DNA from: a virus
Lineage: Duplodnaviria > Caudoviricetes
Length of the DNA stretch: 46,115 nt
Direction: 5' to 3' (one strand)
IMG/VR virus record: IMGVR_UViG_3300049925_000049
Coordinates: 1 to 46,115 of that record
The notes below the pieces were generated by a model. The model was given only the letters and a program-made list of their open reading frames with translations. It was not told the origin of the DNA and did no database searches. A program made the translations under genes and the position numbers. Below, one piece after another: positions 37,627 through 45,238 of the stretch; position 1 is the first letter of the stretch, and the number at the start of each line of letters is the position of its first letter.

Positions 37627-38553
37627 GATGCAATCTTGAGGTTCCTTATCATCACGCATTCTATAGAACTGAGGATGCCTTGGAGTGCCGGCAGTAAAGC
37701 CGAAATATTTAATCTCCATTACCGAATGCATATACTCTTCACGCCTAGACGAAATAAGCATACGCATCTGATCAGTCATACCAGAACATTGGCCTACCTC
37801 GACATATCGCTTATTCTCAGTATCCCAAATGGAAAACTTTACAGCGCCGATAAATCCTGAATACTTTCCTGTGCCTTCTGTATAGCCTGTAATGACTACA
37901 TCAGCTGTACTATACTTCTTAATCTTGTACCAGGTCTTTGTTGGCCTACCGCCAGGAATGTACAAGCTCTCAGGATTCTTCATCATAACGCCTTCGCCGC
38001 CACGTTCGACATAATGATCATAGTAAGGCTCATGCCATCCGTAGTCGAGCATATCTACCATACGCATGTAAGTAAAGGGGAAAGCCGAATTGTATAACAC
38101 ATCATCAAGGTCTGCTCGCCTTTCCCTATAGGTCTCTTTACCCTCATAATGAGCCAACTGAATATCAAAGCAGAAGGCTACAGGTGTCTCTCGTTCGAAC
38201 GTCTTTAATTGATCGGCCTTAAGTTGAGCCACCTTAGGAGCACTGCCCATAACTCTCATGGTCTTATTAAAGTCCAAGATCGGCCAATCCCAACTTGTCT
38301 TCTCAGCATCCTCATAGCCGAACTCACAGTCAATAATGGCATCGGCGGCATGCTTGGAAACGATAACCTCTCGCCACTCCTGTGGAAGCTGTAAGAATAC
38401 ATCACGACCTGATCGAGTCAAGGCTTTACATAGCTTTCCTCGAGAGTCAAAAATAAGTAGCAACCTCATACCATCTAACTTAGGTTCCATTACATAGTCC
38501 GCAACCTTGGCAATATTCTCCATAGGCATTGGCTGAGCCAACATAGGCTTCAT
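37615..38553 (-). CDS. ATP-dependent DNA ligase
   Basis: PMLA, EPKLDGMR, DCE, FDI, EGVMMK, WYKIK, RHPQF..MRDDK. Confidence 0.93.
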   Translation of the reverse strand: MKPMLAQPMPMENIAKVADYVMEPKLDGMRLLLIFDSRGKLCKALTRSGRDVFLQLPQEWREVIVSKHAADAIIDCEFGYEDAEKTSWDWPILDFNKTMRVMGSAPKVAQLKADQLKTFERETPVAFCFDIQLAHYEGKETYRERRADLDDVLYNSAFPFTYMRMVDMLDYGWHEPYYDHYVERGGEGVMMKNPESLYIPGGRPTKTWYKIKKYSTADVVITGYTEGTGKYSGFIGAVKFSIWDTENKRYVEVGQCSGMTDQMRMLISSRREEYMHSVMEIKYFGFTAGTPRHPQFYRMRDDKEPQDCILIS

Positions 38554-38573
38554 TACTACCCCTCTCTTGTAGA

Positions 38574-38603
38574 AGCAAACAAGGCACTCGAAAGTGCCTT
38601 GTC
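38574..38603 (-). terminator. Intrinsic terminator-like hairpin
   Basis: ACAAGGCACT-TTCG-AGTGCCTTGT followed by TTGCTT. Confidence 0.7.
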
Positions 38604-38618
38604 TACCATTCGGTTGAT

Positions 38619-38686
38619 TGATTATAGTGCGGCGCTATTGGCCGTCATTTAAGATACGCGGCTAACCGTATCCCGCACTAGAATCA
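38619..38686. ncRNA. Candidate structured element (nested stems plus pseudoknot)
   Basis: Outer TGATT.TAGTGCGG/CCGCACTA.AATCA, inner GATACG/CGTATC, loop CGGCTAA complementary to TTGGCCG. Confidence 0.45.
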
Positions 38687-38701
38687 TTATGTCATTCGCG
38701 A

Positions 38702-39058
38702 TCAGGCGTCGACGGTCTCAGCCTTAGCCGCCTCGAGAGCAGCCTTAGCGGCCTGACGAGCTGCCTTGCGATCATCCTTACCTGCAACCCAGGCGAGAGC
38801 ACGCTCGAGATGAACGATAGCTGCACGGTCGTTAGTCTTATCGCAAGGGAAATCCTTGCCCGACTTAACGTAGCCATAGATGATCTGCGGACGAACTTCC
38901 TTGCCGGTCTGCTCAGTAAGCAGCTTCGCGAACTGGACTGGAGTCACCCAGCCCTCAGGAAGAGGAGCCTTCTTCGACTTGCTGACCTTGCTAGCCTTCT
39001 CGGTAGCAACTTCTTCTCCGTCGACAACGACTTCCTCGGTGTTCTTATTACGGGCCAT
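38702..39058 (-). CDS. MerR/Xis-like HTH DNA-binding protein (paralogue 2), 118 aa
   Basis: Own promoter and CAGGAG SD; VTPVQFAKLLTEQTGKEVRPQIIYGYVKSG; K/A-rich tails. Confidence 0.75.
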   Translation of the reverse strand: MARNKNTEEVVVDGEEVATEKASKVSKSKKAPLPEGWVTPVQFAKLLTEQTGKEVRPQIIYGYVKSGKDFPCDKTNDRAAIVHLERALAWVAGKDDRKAARQAAKAALEAAKAETVDA

Positions 39059-39112
39059 TTCTATATTCTCCTGTTGTATAACCAAGCCACTTGTTGCTTG
39101 GATTGAATTTAT

Positions 39113-39141
39113 ATTATATGATGGATCCGGGCTTAAATCAA
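39113..39141 (-). promoter_or_regulatory. Promoter internal to the upstream reading frame
   Basis: TTGATT-17-TATAAT (TAATAT also available at 19). Confidence 0.7.
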
Positions 39142-39315
39142 GAGGCGGTTTCAAGATTTCCTTGGAGAAAATCACTTCGTGACAGTCCGGACAATTAACA
39201 TCACCATACCAAATAGTGCCATGGTGATTCGAGTCACGTTGACTCTTCTTGCTAAAGGAGCGACCACATTTCGTCTCATACGAATATGAGTCGCCCTTAA
39301 CAAATGCATGCTCTA

Positions 39316-39765
39316 TCACTGAAGACCTGGCAGAGGCTTCAGTTGGATAGGATTGTGAGCTTTGACAGGCTGAGGAGCCCAAGGAATGTAACAAGCATCC
39401 TTGAACTTCAACCCGTCTTGCCAGTACTTACATAGCAACGCAGCCGCTTGAACATTAACCTTAGGAATGAACAATACCTTGGGAGACATTGACATCTTAA
39501 GGTGCGACTGCAAATACGGATAGTTCACTCTATTGATCTGCAACAGACCACTATCGTGACCATTAAACGATGTCATATGGCAACGACTTTCACGCCACAT
39601 AAAGTATGACATCTTCTTTACATCCCAACCAGCTGGAGGTGCGTACTTCTTAAGCAAGCCTTCGTACTGAGGACATGCATGGACTACCGCCGCCGGAGCT
39701 GCTGGTGGTGTTGAGCATTGGGCCATAGGGAGCAGCATCATAGCTGCAGACAATAAGGGCTTCAT
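39316..39765 (-). CDS. Exported lytic transglycosylase (SLT-like)
   Basis: Signal/lipoprotein-like N-terminus; WRESRC, DSGLLQIN, NVQAA, PW. Confidence 0.75.
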   Translation of the reverse strand: MKPLLSAAMMLLPMAQCSTPPAAPAAVVHACPQYEGLLKKYAPPAGWDVKKMSYFMWRESRCHMTSFNGHDSGLLQINRVNYPYLQSHLKMSMSPKVLFIPKVNVQAAALLCKYWQDGLKFKDACYIPWAPQPVKAHNPIQLKPLPGLQ

Positions 39766-40208
39766 CAGTTACCTTCTTCCACAGTGGCGCTCGACGTCGG
39801 AGTCTCCCATACGGTAAGACTCTTCAGCTTCAGATCGCCAAATAGATTACTGCTTACAATCTGGAAAAAATGATTCGCTAACTGTTCCGCTGTAGGATGG
39901 AAGTCGACAGGTACAATCTTAGCAAAGCTATTCGACTCCTTCCATGCTTGCAACGTACTCCACAGCGAGTCACCAGTCCATACAATGAAAGAGTGATCAT
40001 ACTTGTCGTGGATTAATGTCTGCATAATGGTCTTAAGATCTCCAAAATCTAAGACCATATCTGTAGACGATCCCTCTGCCTGAAGTTCGCCTTCGACTTC
40101 AGCTACTACTCGATAACGATGGCCATGAGGATTCTTACACTTTGATTCGTGCAACGGTACCCTATGCCCAGCATCGAACTGGATCTCCTTGGTAATACTA
40201 TACTTCAC
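39765..40208 (-). CDS. queD: 6-carboxytetrahydropterin synthase
   Basis: FDAGHR, C.NPHGHRY, MVLDFG, DHSF, PTAE, VWETP. Confidence 0.95.
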   Translation of the reverse strand: MKYSITKEIQFDAGHRVPLHESKCKNPHGHRYRVVAEVEGELQAEGSSTDMVLDFGDLKTIMQTLIHDKYDHSFIVWTGDSLWSTLQAWKESNSFAKIVPVDFHPTAEQLANHFFQIVSSNLFGDLKLKSLTVWETPTSSATVEEGN

Positions 40209-40210
40209 AA

Positions 40211-40393
40211 CTAACCTCCAATGATACTCATCTGCCGATCATACTCAGCAGGATTCTGTTTCTTAACCTTAGCCAGCTGCCTCTTAATACCCTTGGTCTT
40301 AACTGGCTGTGTACCACGCCAAGGCGGTAGGCCGCTACGCTTGCGATCACGAACCACTCCAGCTGAAGCCCTCGGATCTGTTTTCTTATTCAT
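40211..40393 (-). CDS. Small basic hypothetical protein
   Basis: AGGAGG SD; K/R-rich 60 aa. Confidence 0.6.
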   Translation of the reverse strand: MNKKTDPRASAGVVRDRKRSGLPPWRGTQPVKTKGIKRQLAKVKKQNPAEYDRQMSIIGG

Positions 40394-40414
40394 TTCACCT
40401 CCTAACTATGACAG

Positions 40415-40498
40415 TGGGGATAGTGGGAATCGAACCCACAAGGTATCTCTACCGGCGGATTTTAAGTCCGCTGCGTTTGCCAATTTCGCCATATCCCC
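40415..40498 (-). tRNA. tRNA-Leu(UAA)
   Basis: GGGGATA/TATCCCC acceptor, GCGGA-CTTAAAA-TCCGC anticodon arm, long variable arm, GTGGG-TTCGATT-CCCAC, A73; no encoded CCA. Confidence 0.95.
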
Positions 40499-40505
40499 TA
40501 AACAC

Positions 40506-40703
40506 CTATTCGTCTTCGTCGAAGTATACCTCGGCGTCTAGGCCATTAAAGATATCGGTCAGCGCGGAGCGAATATCTCTAAGTTTAATACGTAACTCTG
40601 CCAATTGCTCCGAGCAATCCAGATTTTCCTCTACAGCTCGTAACTGCTTCAACCTAATGTTGATGCGCCACGTCTCAGTCTGCATCCTTTGAATCGGCGT
40701 CAT
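40506..40703 (-). CDS. Hypothetical early protein
   Basis: GAGGAGGA SD; coiled coil with acidic tail. Confidence 0.55.
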   Translation of the reverse strand: MTPIQRMQTETWRINIRLKQLRAVEENLDCSEQLAELRIKLRDIRSALTDIFNGLDAEVYFDEDE

Positions 40704-40899
40704 GGTCCTCCTCATCCATCATAATGTCCCAGCACCAAGGATGAATGCCGGTCTTAATAAGCTCCCTATCGTCGACACTCAAATCTGGAAACGCATCCTG
40801 AATATGCATACCAGAAGCCCAGAGTCGCATAGCTTCTCGAGACACCTCGATCTCACTCTGCTCGCCACACCTAAAGCATGGCGGTGTACGATACAGCAT
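40675..40899 (-). CDS. Zinc-binding hypothetical early protein
   Basis: CFRC…IQDAFP.LS…RE..KTGIHPWCW; TAATG-coupled. Confidence 0.65.
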   Translation of the reverse strand: MLYRTPPCFRCGEQSEIEVSREAMRLWASGMHIQDAFPDLSVDDRELIKTGIHPWCWDIMMDEEDHDADSKDAD

Positions 40900-41099
40900 T
40901 ACTCCTCCTCCATGTACGGCCAATACGAATCTTCATAGCCGCATGCTGGACAGCACCAAGTATACAGCCCTGTCGTCTCTGTATAGTACAGCGCACCTGA
41001 CTTAGCGCCGACAGTGACTTCATCTCGACCGAAGTCAAGAATCACATCTCCTGCACAGATAGCGTCATTCGAACATGACACGAGAATTTTGTAAGCCAA
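40899..41099 (-). CDS. Zinc-ribbon hypothetical early protein
   Basis: C…C…CCPACG. Confidence 0.55.
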   Translation of the reverse strand: MAYKILVSCSNDAICAGDVILDFGRDEVTVGAKSGALYYTETTGLYTWCCPACGYEDSYWPYMEEE

Positions 41100-41598
41100 T
41101 TTCCTTCACCCTTTCCATGAGTCCGAGAAACCTTTGCAACTCTGCCCTATGCTTAAATCCGTCACGATTATCATCTTCATGCCGCATCTTAGCCTTATAC
41201 TTCGACATCTTAACTCTGCCCTGCAAATTAGAATAGATAGCGTCAAACGACTCCCTATCCATCGAGTACAGATCATAAAGATCCCGACCTACTTTATCCC
41301 AATCCCACTGCATATACGCATCAGCAAGACTGCAATACACCAACTGCAACTCGTCACGCAAATTCTTTACACGAATCCGATTAACACCAACTTCGCGAGA
41401 GCCATACGCCAGCAAAGTCGCATTGCACAGATTCAGAACTCGCCAACAACGCCTATCAAATTCCGTAGCATTACCATTCGCCGAGCGAACGTACTCTTCA
41501 AGCGACGAAACCCATTCTTCTGTACCAGAATTACCCAGAAGACTTACGCGCAGCTTCTGCCACTCGACGTCATACAAACATTCCTTCGTATAATCCAT
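41065..41598 (-). CDS. Hypothetical early protein
   Basis: 177 aa, SD, directly after a promoter. Confidence 0.7.
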   Translation of the reverse strand: MDYTKECLYDVEWQKLRVSLLGNSGTEEWVSSLEEYVRSANGNATEFDRRCWRVLNLCNATLLAYGSREVGVNRIRVKNLRDELQLVYCSLADAYMQWDWDKVGRDLYDLYSMDRESFDAIYSNLQGRVKMSKYKAKMRHEDDNRDGFKHRAELQRFLGLMERVKEIGLQNSRVMFE

Positions 41599-41624
41599 TC
41601 CTCATCCTTTCTCGATGATACCTA

Positions 41625-41655
41625 ATTATATAATAGAATGCCGTTACGATTACAA
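41625..41655 (-). promoter_or_regulatory. 19-bp-spacer promoter
   Basis: TTGTAA-19-TATAAT. Confidence 0.7.
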
Positions 41656-42036
41656 GTCTCCGAATCCAATTTTTTCCAGCAGATCGGTAGCTTGCGCCCT
41701 AAAAAAGTCCCACGACTCCACCAGATGGTCCAACACTTCGAAGAACTCGACCATCTCTGGTTGACTGTACTCAACAGCCCCTTTAAACGATCGCACTGAT
41801 TCCAACATCGAAGTCAAAGCTCCTGGCGGAAAAACGTTTAGAAGCCTATCCGTAAAACAGGCAAACTGGACGTAATAATTATACGTCGCTTGTGCCCATT
41901 CAGGATAAGGCTCTTCCTCACCTAAATCAGCAGCAGCCGCCATTCTCGATGCCGCAAGAGTTAATGACATCGTCTGTTCCGACAACATCAAAGTCTTCTC
42001 ATGCATCTCAAATACCGTCCCGAATGATCCGAGCAT
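41650..42036 (-). CDS. Hypothetical early protein
   Basis: GGAGG SD; co-oriented in the early array. Confidence 0.6.
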   Translation of the reverse strand: MLGSFGTVFEMHEKTLMLSEQTMSLTLAASRMAAAADLGEEEPYPEWAQATYNYYVQFACFTDRLLNVFPPGALTSMLESVRSFKGAVEYSQPEMVEFFEVLDHLVESWDFFRAQATDLLEKIGFGDL

Positions 42037-42253
42037 AAATCACCTCCAACTCTTCCATGCAACCCTTCTTTGTACGAGACTTACAACCCCAATCACGCTG
42101 CGCAACCTTAGTCAGCGAGAAACGAGAAGCTTTCATCCCAGGAAAAGCAATTTCGAACCGCAGAGCACGCATTAACATCATCAAGGTGTACACCTTAATG
42201 TGCTCTCCGTCGATAATAACTCCGCCTTCAGTCTGCTTAATAGCCACCGTCAT
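42008..42253 (-). CDS. Hypothetical early protein
   Basis: GAGGAGG SD before MTVAIK. Confidence 0.55.
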   Translation of the reverse strand: MTVAIKQTEGGVIIDGEHIKVYTLMMLMRALRFEIAFPGMKASRFSLTKVAQRDWGCKSRTKKGCMEELEVIYARIIRDGI

Positions 42254-42482
42254 CCTCCTCATCTTCGTCTTCCGTCACCCAAACGGTCGTACGTCCCTTA
42301 CACACAGTACAAGTAACGTCATAAACGCCGTCAAAGTAGTTCTCCCGAAACTCCTCATCTTGCCAGATTTCTTCCGACGTCGAGAATCCATCGAGCGCCT
42401 CATTGACATGCTTACCCTCGCCATCACAGCGCCAGCAAACATCCCAAGAACCTGCCTTACCTTCATACATCTTACGCATCAA
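42237..42482 (-). CDS. DnaJ-type zinc-finger small protein
   Basis: CWRCDGEG…CTVCKG. Confidence 0.65.
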   Translation of the reverse strand: MMRKMYEGKAGSWDVCWRCDGEGKHVNEALDGFSTSEEIWQDEEFRENYFDGVYDVTCTVCKGRTTVWVTEDEDEEDDGGY

Positions 42483-42487
42483 CGCTC

Positions 42488-42652
42488 CTAATCTCCTGAA
42501 TAGTTTTTGTACCGAATTAATTCATGGTGCTCAGCACCGCAACGAACGCACTTCGAGACACGCCAAACTCTATACGTGCCCAATACCTTATTTTCCGACA
42601 CTTCATCTCTGTCGAACTCTACTTTACAGCCTGTCCTACAAACTTCCATCAC
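42488..42652 (-). CDS. Zinc-binding hypothetical early protein
   Basis: AAGGAGG SD after a promoter; CRTGC…CVRC. Confidence 0.55.
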   Translation of the reverse strand: MMEVCRTGCKVEFDRDEVSENKVLGTYRVWRVSKCVRCGAEHHELIRYKNYSGD

Positions 42653-42679
42653 TACACCTCCTTCTTCTGGATACCTAAT

Positions 42680-42708
42680 ATTATAATAGACTGCCTTGCC
42701 GAATTCAA
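42680..42708 (-). promoter_or_regulatory. Promoter (17-bp TATAAT or 19-bp TAATAT)
   Basis: TTGAAT-TCGGCAAGGCAGTCTAT-TATAATAT; spacer nearly identical to the 44205 promoter. Confidence 0.7.
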
Positions 42709-42723
42709 GATGTGTACCCAAAA

Positions 42724-42981
42724 TTATTTGAGCCACTTTACGATAGCCTCAAAAGGTAGGCAATCCTCACAAATGATCCTACCATCAGTTGAGCCCAGTC
42801 GTAAGTAGGCAACCCGCCACCGAGGCTTCTCATACCCCGTATACGGGTCTTCTTCTAGATATGCCCCAATAATAGAGTTGCACTCGTCACAGTACGAATT
42901 ATCGAACGTGTGCTCCTCATCAATATCTCCCGTGCCATCGTTGGCAATCTCTTCATATTGCGGTCTAGGTTCCATTACCAT
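42724..42981 (-). CDS. Acidic zinc-binding hypothetical protein
   Basis: CDEC…CEDC. Confidence 0.6.
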   Translation of the reverse strand: MVMEPRPQYEEIANDGTGDIDEEHTFDNSYCDECNSIIGAYLEEDPYTGYEKPRWRVAYLRLGSTDGRIICEDCLPFEAIVKWLK

Positions 42982-43145
42982 CCTGCATTCTCTAGAGCGG
43001 CCTTTGCTGTGACGATCGGTGACTCGCCACCTTCAAAGTAGTCAGCATAGTCGAAGTCGTCGATATCCATGTGCGTGCACAAAGAAATCTTGTACATCTC
43101 CCTGTCGACATCCTTCATAAACTTCCCGAACATTTCTTTATCCAT
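42975..43145 (-). CDS. 56-aa acidic early protein (not in ORF track)
   Basis: MDKEMFGKFMKDVDREM…DIDDFDYADYFEGGESP…ENAGW; ATG 5 nt after the -10 box (leaderless). Confidence 0.65.
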   Translation of the reverse strand: MDKEMFGKFMKDVDREMYKISLCTHMDIDDFDYADYFEGGESPIVTAKAALENAGW

Positions 43146-43150
43146 ACCCT

Positions 43151-43181
43151 ATTTTAAATCAGAGGGCTGTTCGGAAATCAA
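43151..43181 (-). promoter_or_regulatory. 19-bp-spacer promoter with upstream A/T tract
   Basis: TTGATT-19-TAAAAT; AAAAAGTTTTTTT upstream. Confidence 0.7.
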
Positions 43182-43212
43182 GAGGTGGACAAAAAAACTT
43201 TTTCCGCCCTTA

Positions 43213-43449
43213 CTATTCATACGGCCTATAATTTGACCAGCCTTTTCCTTCATGGTCTTCGATAAGCACCCAGTATTCAGGCTTAGGGAATGCCTTAATC
43301 AACTCCTCTTGTACCTTGTACGCCCGAGTTAGCCGGCGAACCCTAACAGAGCGGCCGACAAAGATGCCCTCCTTGTAGTACCATCCGCCCTCCTCTGGTC
43401 CGCCATAATAATCTTCGACCCTATAAACGTTGACGAAGTGCTTCGGCAT
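43213..43449 (-). CDS. Hypothetical early protein
   Basis: VNVY…YGGPEEGGWYY motif; GGAGAGG SD. Confidence 0.65.
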   Translation of the reverse strand: MPKHFVNVYRVEDYYGGPEEGGWYYKEGIFVGRSVRVRRLTRAYKVQEELIKAFPKPEYWVLIEDHEGKGWSNYRPYE

Positions 43450-43451
43450 GA

Positions 43452-43748
43452 TTACCTCTCCACATAAATTGATAACGACCAACTATTCACTGGCTCAAGC
43501 CAGACACCCTTGGGCAACTCAATATCAGAACACGCAATCTCGATTGCCCAATCATAAGGCCCTTCCTCCCAAATCAAAGAAGGCCAACCATCATTATGAG
43601 CCCAGTCCCAATCCATCTTGAGAGTAGGTCCCCAATACGTAGGCGAAATTGCCGCACCATACTTCTTGTATCGCGCAAATACCGCCTCCAATACTTTCTC
43701 GGCCTCTCGCTTAGTAGGCCTCATAGTTTTTGTAGTCACTACGACCAC
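43452..43748 (-). CDS. Hypothetical early protein
   Basis: WEEGPYDWA…EPVNSWSLSIY; start uncertain. Confidence 0.6.
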   Translation of the reverse strand: MVVVTTKTMRPTKREAEKVLEAVFARYKKYGAAISPTYWGPTLKMDWDWAHNDGWPSLIWEEGPYDWAIEIACSDIELPKGVWLEPVNSWSLSIYVER

Positions 43749-43927
43749 ACAACCTTTCTGATCTCGTAACTCGGTCTACCACTACTTGCATTCGTGAGTC
43801 GTGCCTCGATCTGCACTTCCCTACAATGCAAATCGAACACGAACAACTTCCATCCGTCTTCCAACTCCGTCTGTGGACAAGTGTTGTACATCATCAAGTG
43901 AAACGTACGTTCAACAACGTTCGCCAT
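43739..43927 (-). CDS. Hypothetical early protein
   Basis: AAGGAGG SD. Confidence 0.6.
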   Translation of the reverse strand: MANVVERTFHLMMYNTCPQTELEDGWKLFVFDLHCREVQIEARLTNASSGRPSYEIRKVVWS

Positions 43928-43940
43928 TTAACTTTCCTCC

Positions 43941-44174
43941 TTAAGGTCGTGATGCCGTAGCATCTTCTGCGAAACGAGCGAATTCCGACAAACTTGCGAA
44001 CCTCATGGCCCTTGCCAAACCTTGCAAAGTTTCCCACGAAGCCACCTTCTTATTTTTTTCCAACTCGCTATAAAACGGGTAAGAAATGCCAGCCGCCTCA
44101 GCAGCTTGTGCCCGACTCAAGCCGAGCATTGCCCGCCTCAACGTCAAAACGTAACCCAAATTAATTTCCTTCAT
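43941..44174 (-). CDS. XRE-family HTH transcriptional regulator
   Basis: RRAMLGLSRAQAAEAAGISYPFYSELEKNKKVASWETL. Confidence 0.85.
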   Translation of the reverse strand: MKEINLGYVLTLRRAMLGLSRAQAAEAAGISYPFYSELEKNKKVASWETLQGLARAMRFASLSEFARFAEDATASRP

Positions 44175-44204
44175 CTTTCCTCCACCTCCTTTCTCTTATA
44201 CCCC

Positions 44205-44235
44205 ATTTTAATATAGAGTGCCTTGCCGATTACAA
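44205..44235 (-). promoter_or_regulatory. 19-bp-spacer promoter
   Basis: TTGTAA-19-TAAAAT; AAAACTTTTTT upstream. Confidence 0.7.
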
Positions 44236-44295
44236 GTCGCCGACCCAAAAAAGTTTTCCAACTACGTCTAGTACGACCCTGTGTAAGACTTCTAC

Positions 44296-44466
44296 TCACA
44301 CTTCCTCCATTCCCATAGAACGTCCGCAAGCTACATGAACGATTTCCGACCCATCGCCGTCTTCGTTATACATCTCGGCCACAAAATCATTAGGCCGAAA
44401 CTCTTTAAGGCACTGTTCACACCACTTCTCTGTAAACATGCCTTCCGAATACTTAAAGACTGTCAT
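44296..44466 (-). CDS. Zinc-finger hypothetical protein
   Basis: CEQC…HVAC; ATGA-coupled. Confidence 0.55.
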   Translation of the reverse strand: MTVFKYSEGMFTEKWCEQCLKEFRPNDFVAEMYNEDGDGSEIVHVACGRSMGMEEV

Positions 44467-44588
44467 GCCCTTTCTTCCTCCGCTCTCTCGTCCCACCGCT
44501 TCTGTATTGCGGCCACCATTTCCTTAATCAGGACCTTATATTCTTCCAAGGCCGTTAGTTCCTCTTCGGTCAACTCAACGTCCGACAA
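44463..44588 (-). CDS. 41-aa acidic helical protein
   Basis: GGGAGG SD, TTG start, MSDVELTEEELTALEEYK…. Confidence 0.5.
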   Translation of the reverse strand: MSDVELTEEELTALEEYKVLIKEMVAAIQKRWDERAEEERA

Positions 44589-44871
44589 TTTTGTTATCCT
44601 CCCTCATCATTGCTGCCAAGTAGAAACGCCTACCCTCTCCAAAATTGTTTTGGTCGTAATACTCGCACGACTTCCACAGGAGCTGCTCAACCGTGTTGTA
44701 CGTCCGAGGATCATCGACCTTTTCGATCCAATCATACTCCTCGTACTCCACACAGCTTTCCGCATGCTGAATTTGCCAACCCTCGAGTCCTGAATCCTTG
44801 CCGAACTCGAACTTCTCCCACTTGCCTCCGCAGTGCTCGCAAGGAATTTCTGCCCAGCCGTTCGCACTCAT
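44575..44871 (-). CDS. Hypothetical early protein
   Basis: AGGAAGG SD before MSANGW; CEHC…H…C. Confidence 0.55.
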   Translation of the reverse strand: MSANGWAEIPCEHCGGKWEKFEFGKDSGLEGWQIQHAESCVEYEEYDWIEKVDDPRTYNTVEQLLWKSCEYYDQNNFGEGRRFYLAAMMREDNKIVGR

Positions 44872-44939
44872 GCGCACTTCCTTCCTACTCGAATGACCCA
44901 AATAAGCCAGCCGCCCAAGATTGTCCAAAACGCGACCAT
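44868..44939 (-). CDS. 23-aa membrane peptide
   Basis: MVAFWTILGGWLIWVIRVGRKCA; coupled to neighbours at both ends. Confidence 0.4.
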   Translation of the reverse strand: MVAFWTILGGWLIWVIRVGRKCA

Positions 44940-45232
44940 TATTCCTCATCTCCGAAATTCCATGCGCAATAGAACGAGCGATACACCGTACCGCTATCAT
45001 TCAAAGCGAAGCCGACAAGATCGCCATTGCGATCATAATACTGCACCCACATCGAATGCTGCTCTTCTGTCCACGACTCGCTAAACGCAATCCGCTCATT
45101 CTTGCACTCACCGAATGTCTTAGCTTCCGACACAGTAGATGTGCCCAAAGAAAACATTACATGCTCTGCGAACAGAGTCGTTGCTGAAGCTGCGACGCAC
45201 GCTACAGCGATTCCTAATATCTTTTTCTTCAT
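44939..45232 (-). CDS. Exported/membrane early protein
   Basis: MKKKILGIAVACVAASA signal-like N-terminus; ATG 6 nt after the -10 box. Confidence 0.65.
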   Translation of the reverse strand: MKKKILGIAVACVAASATTLFAEHVMFSLGTSTVSEAKTFGECKNERIAFSESWTEEQHSMWVQYYDRNGDLVGFALNDSGTVYRSFYCAWNFGDEE

Positions 45233-45238
45233 ACCTCA

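Noticed and set aside
31908-40498. tRNA genes as attP sites of a temperate phage
   Set aside because: No integrase or recombinase ORF is recognisable in the complete circle
40221-45187. + strand ORFs across the early region
   Set aside because: They are antisense to a dense array of - strand genes that have SD sequences and promoters
239-45232. Stop-codon reassignment
   Set aside because: Core genes are full length in code 11, TAA/TGA/TAG all serve as stops, and no suppressor tRNA is present
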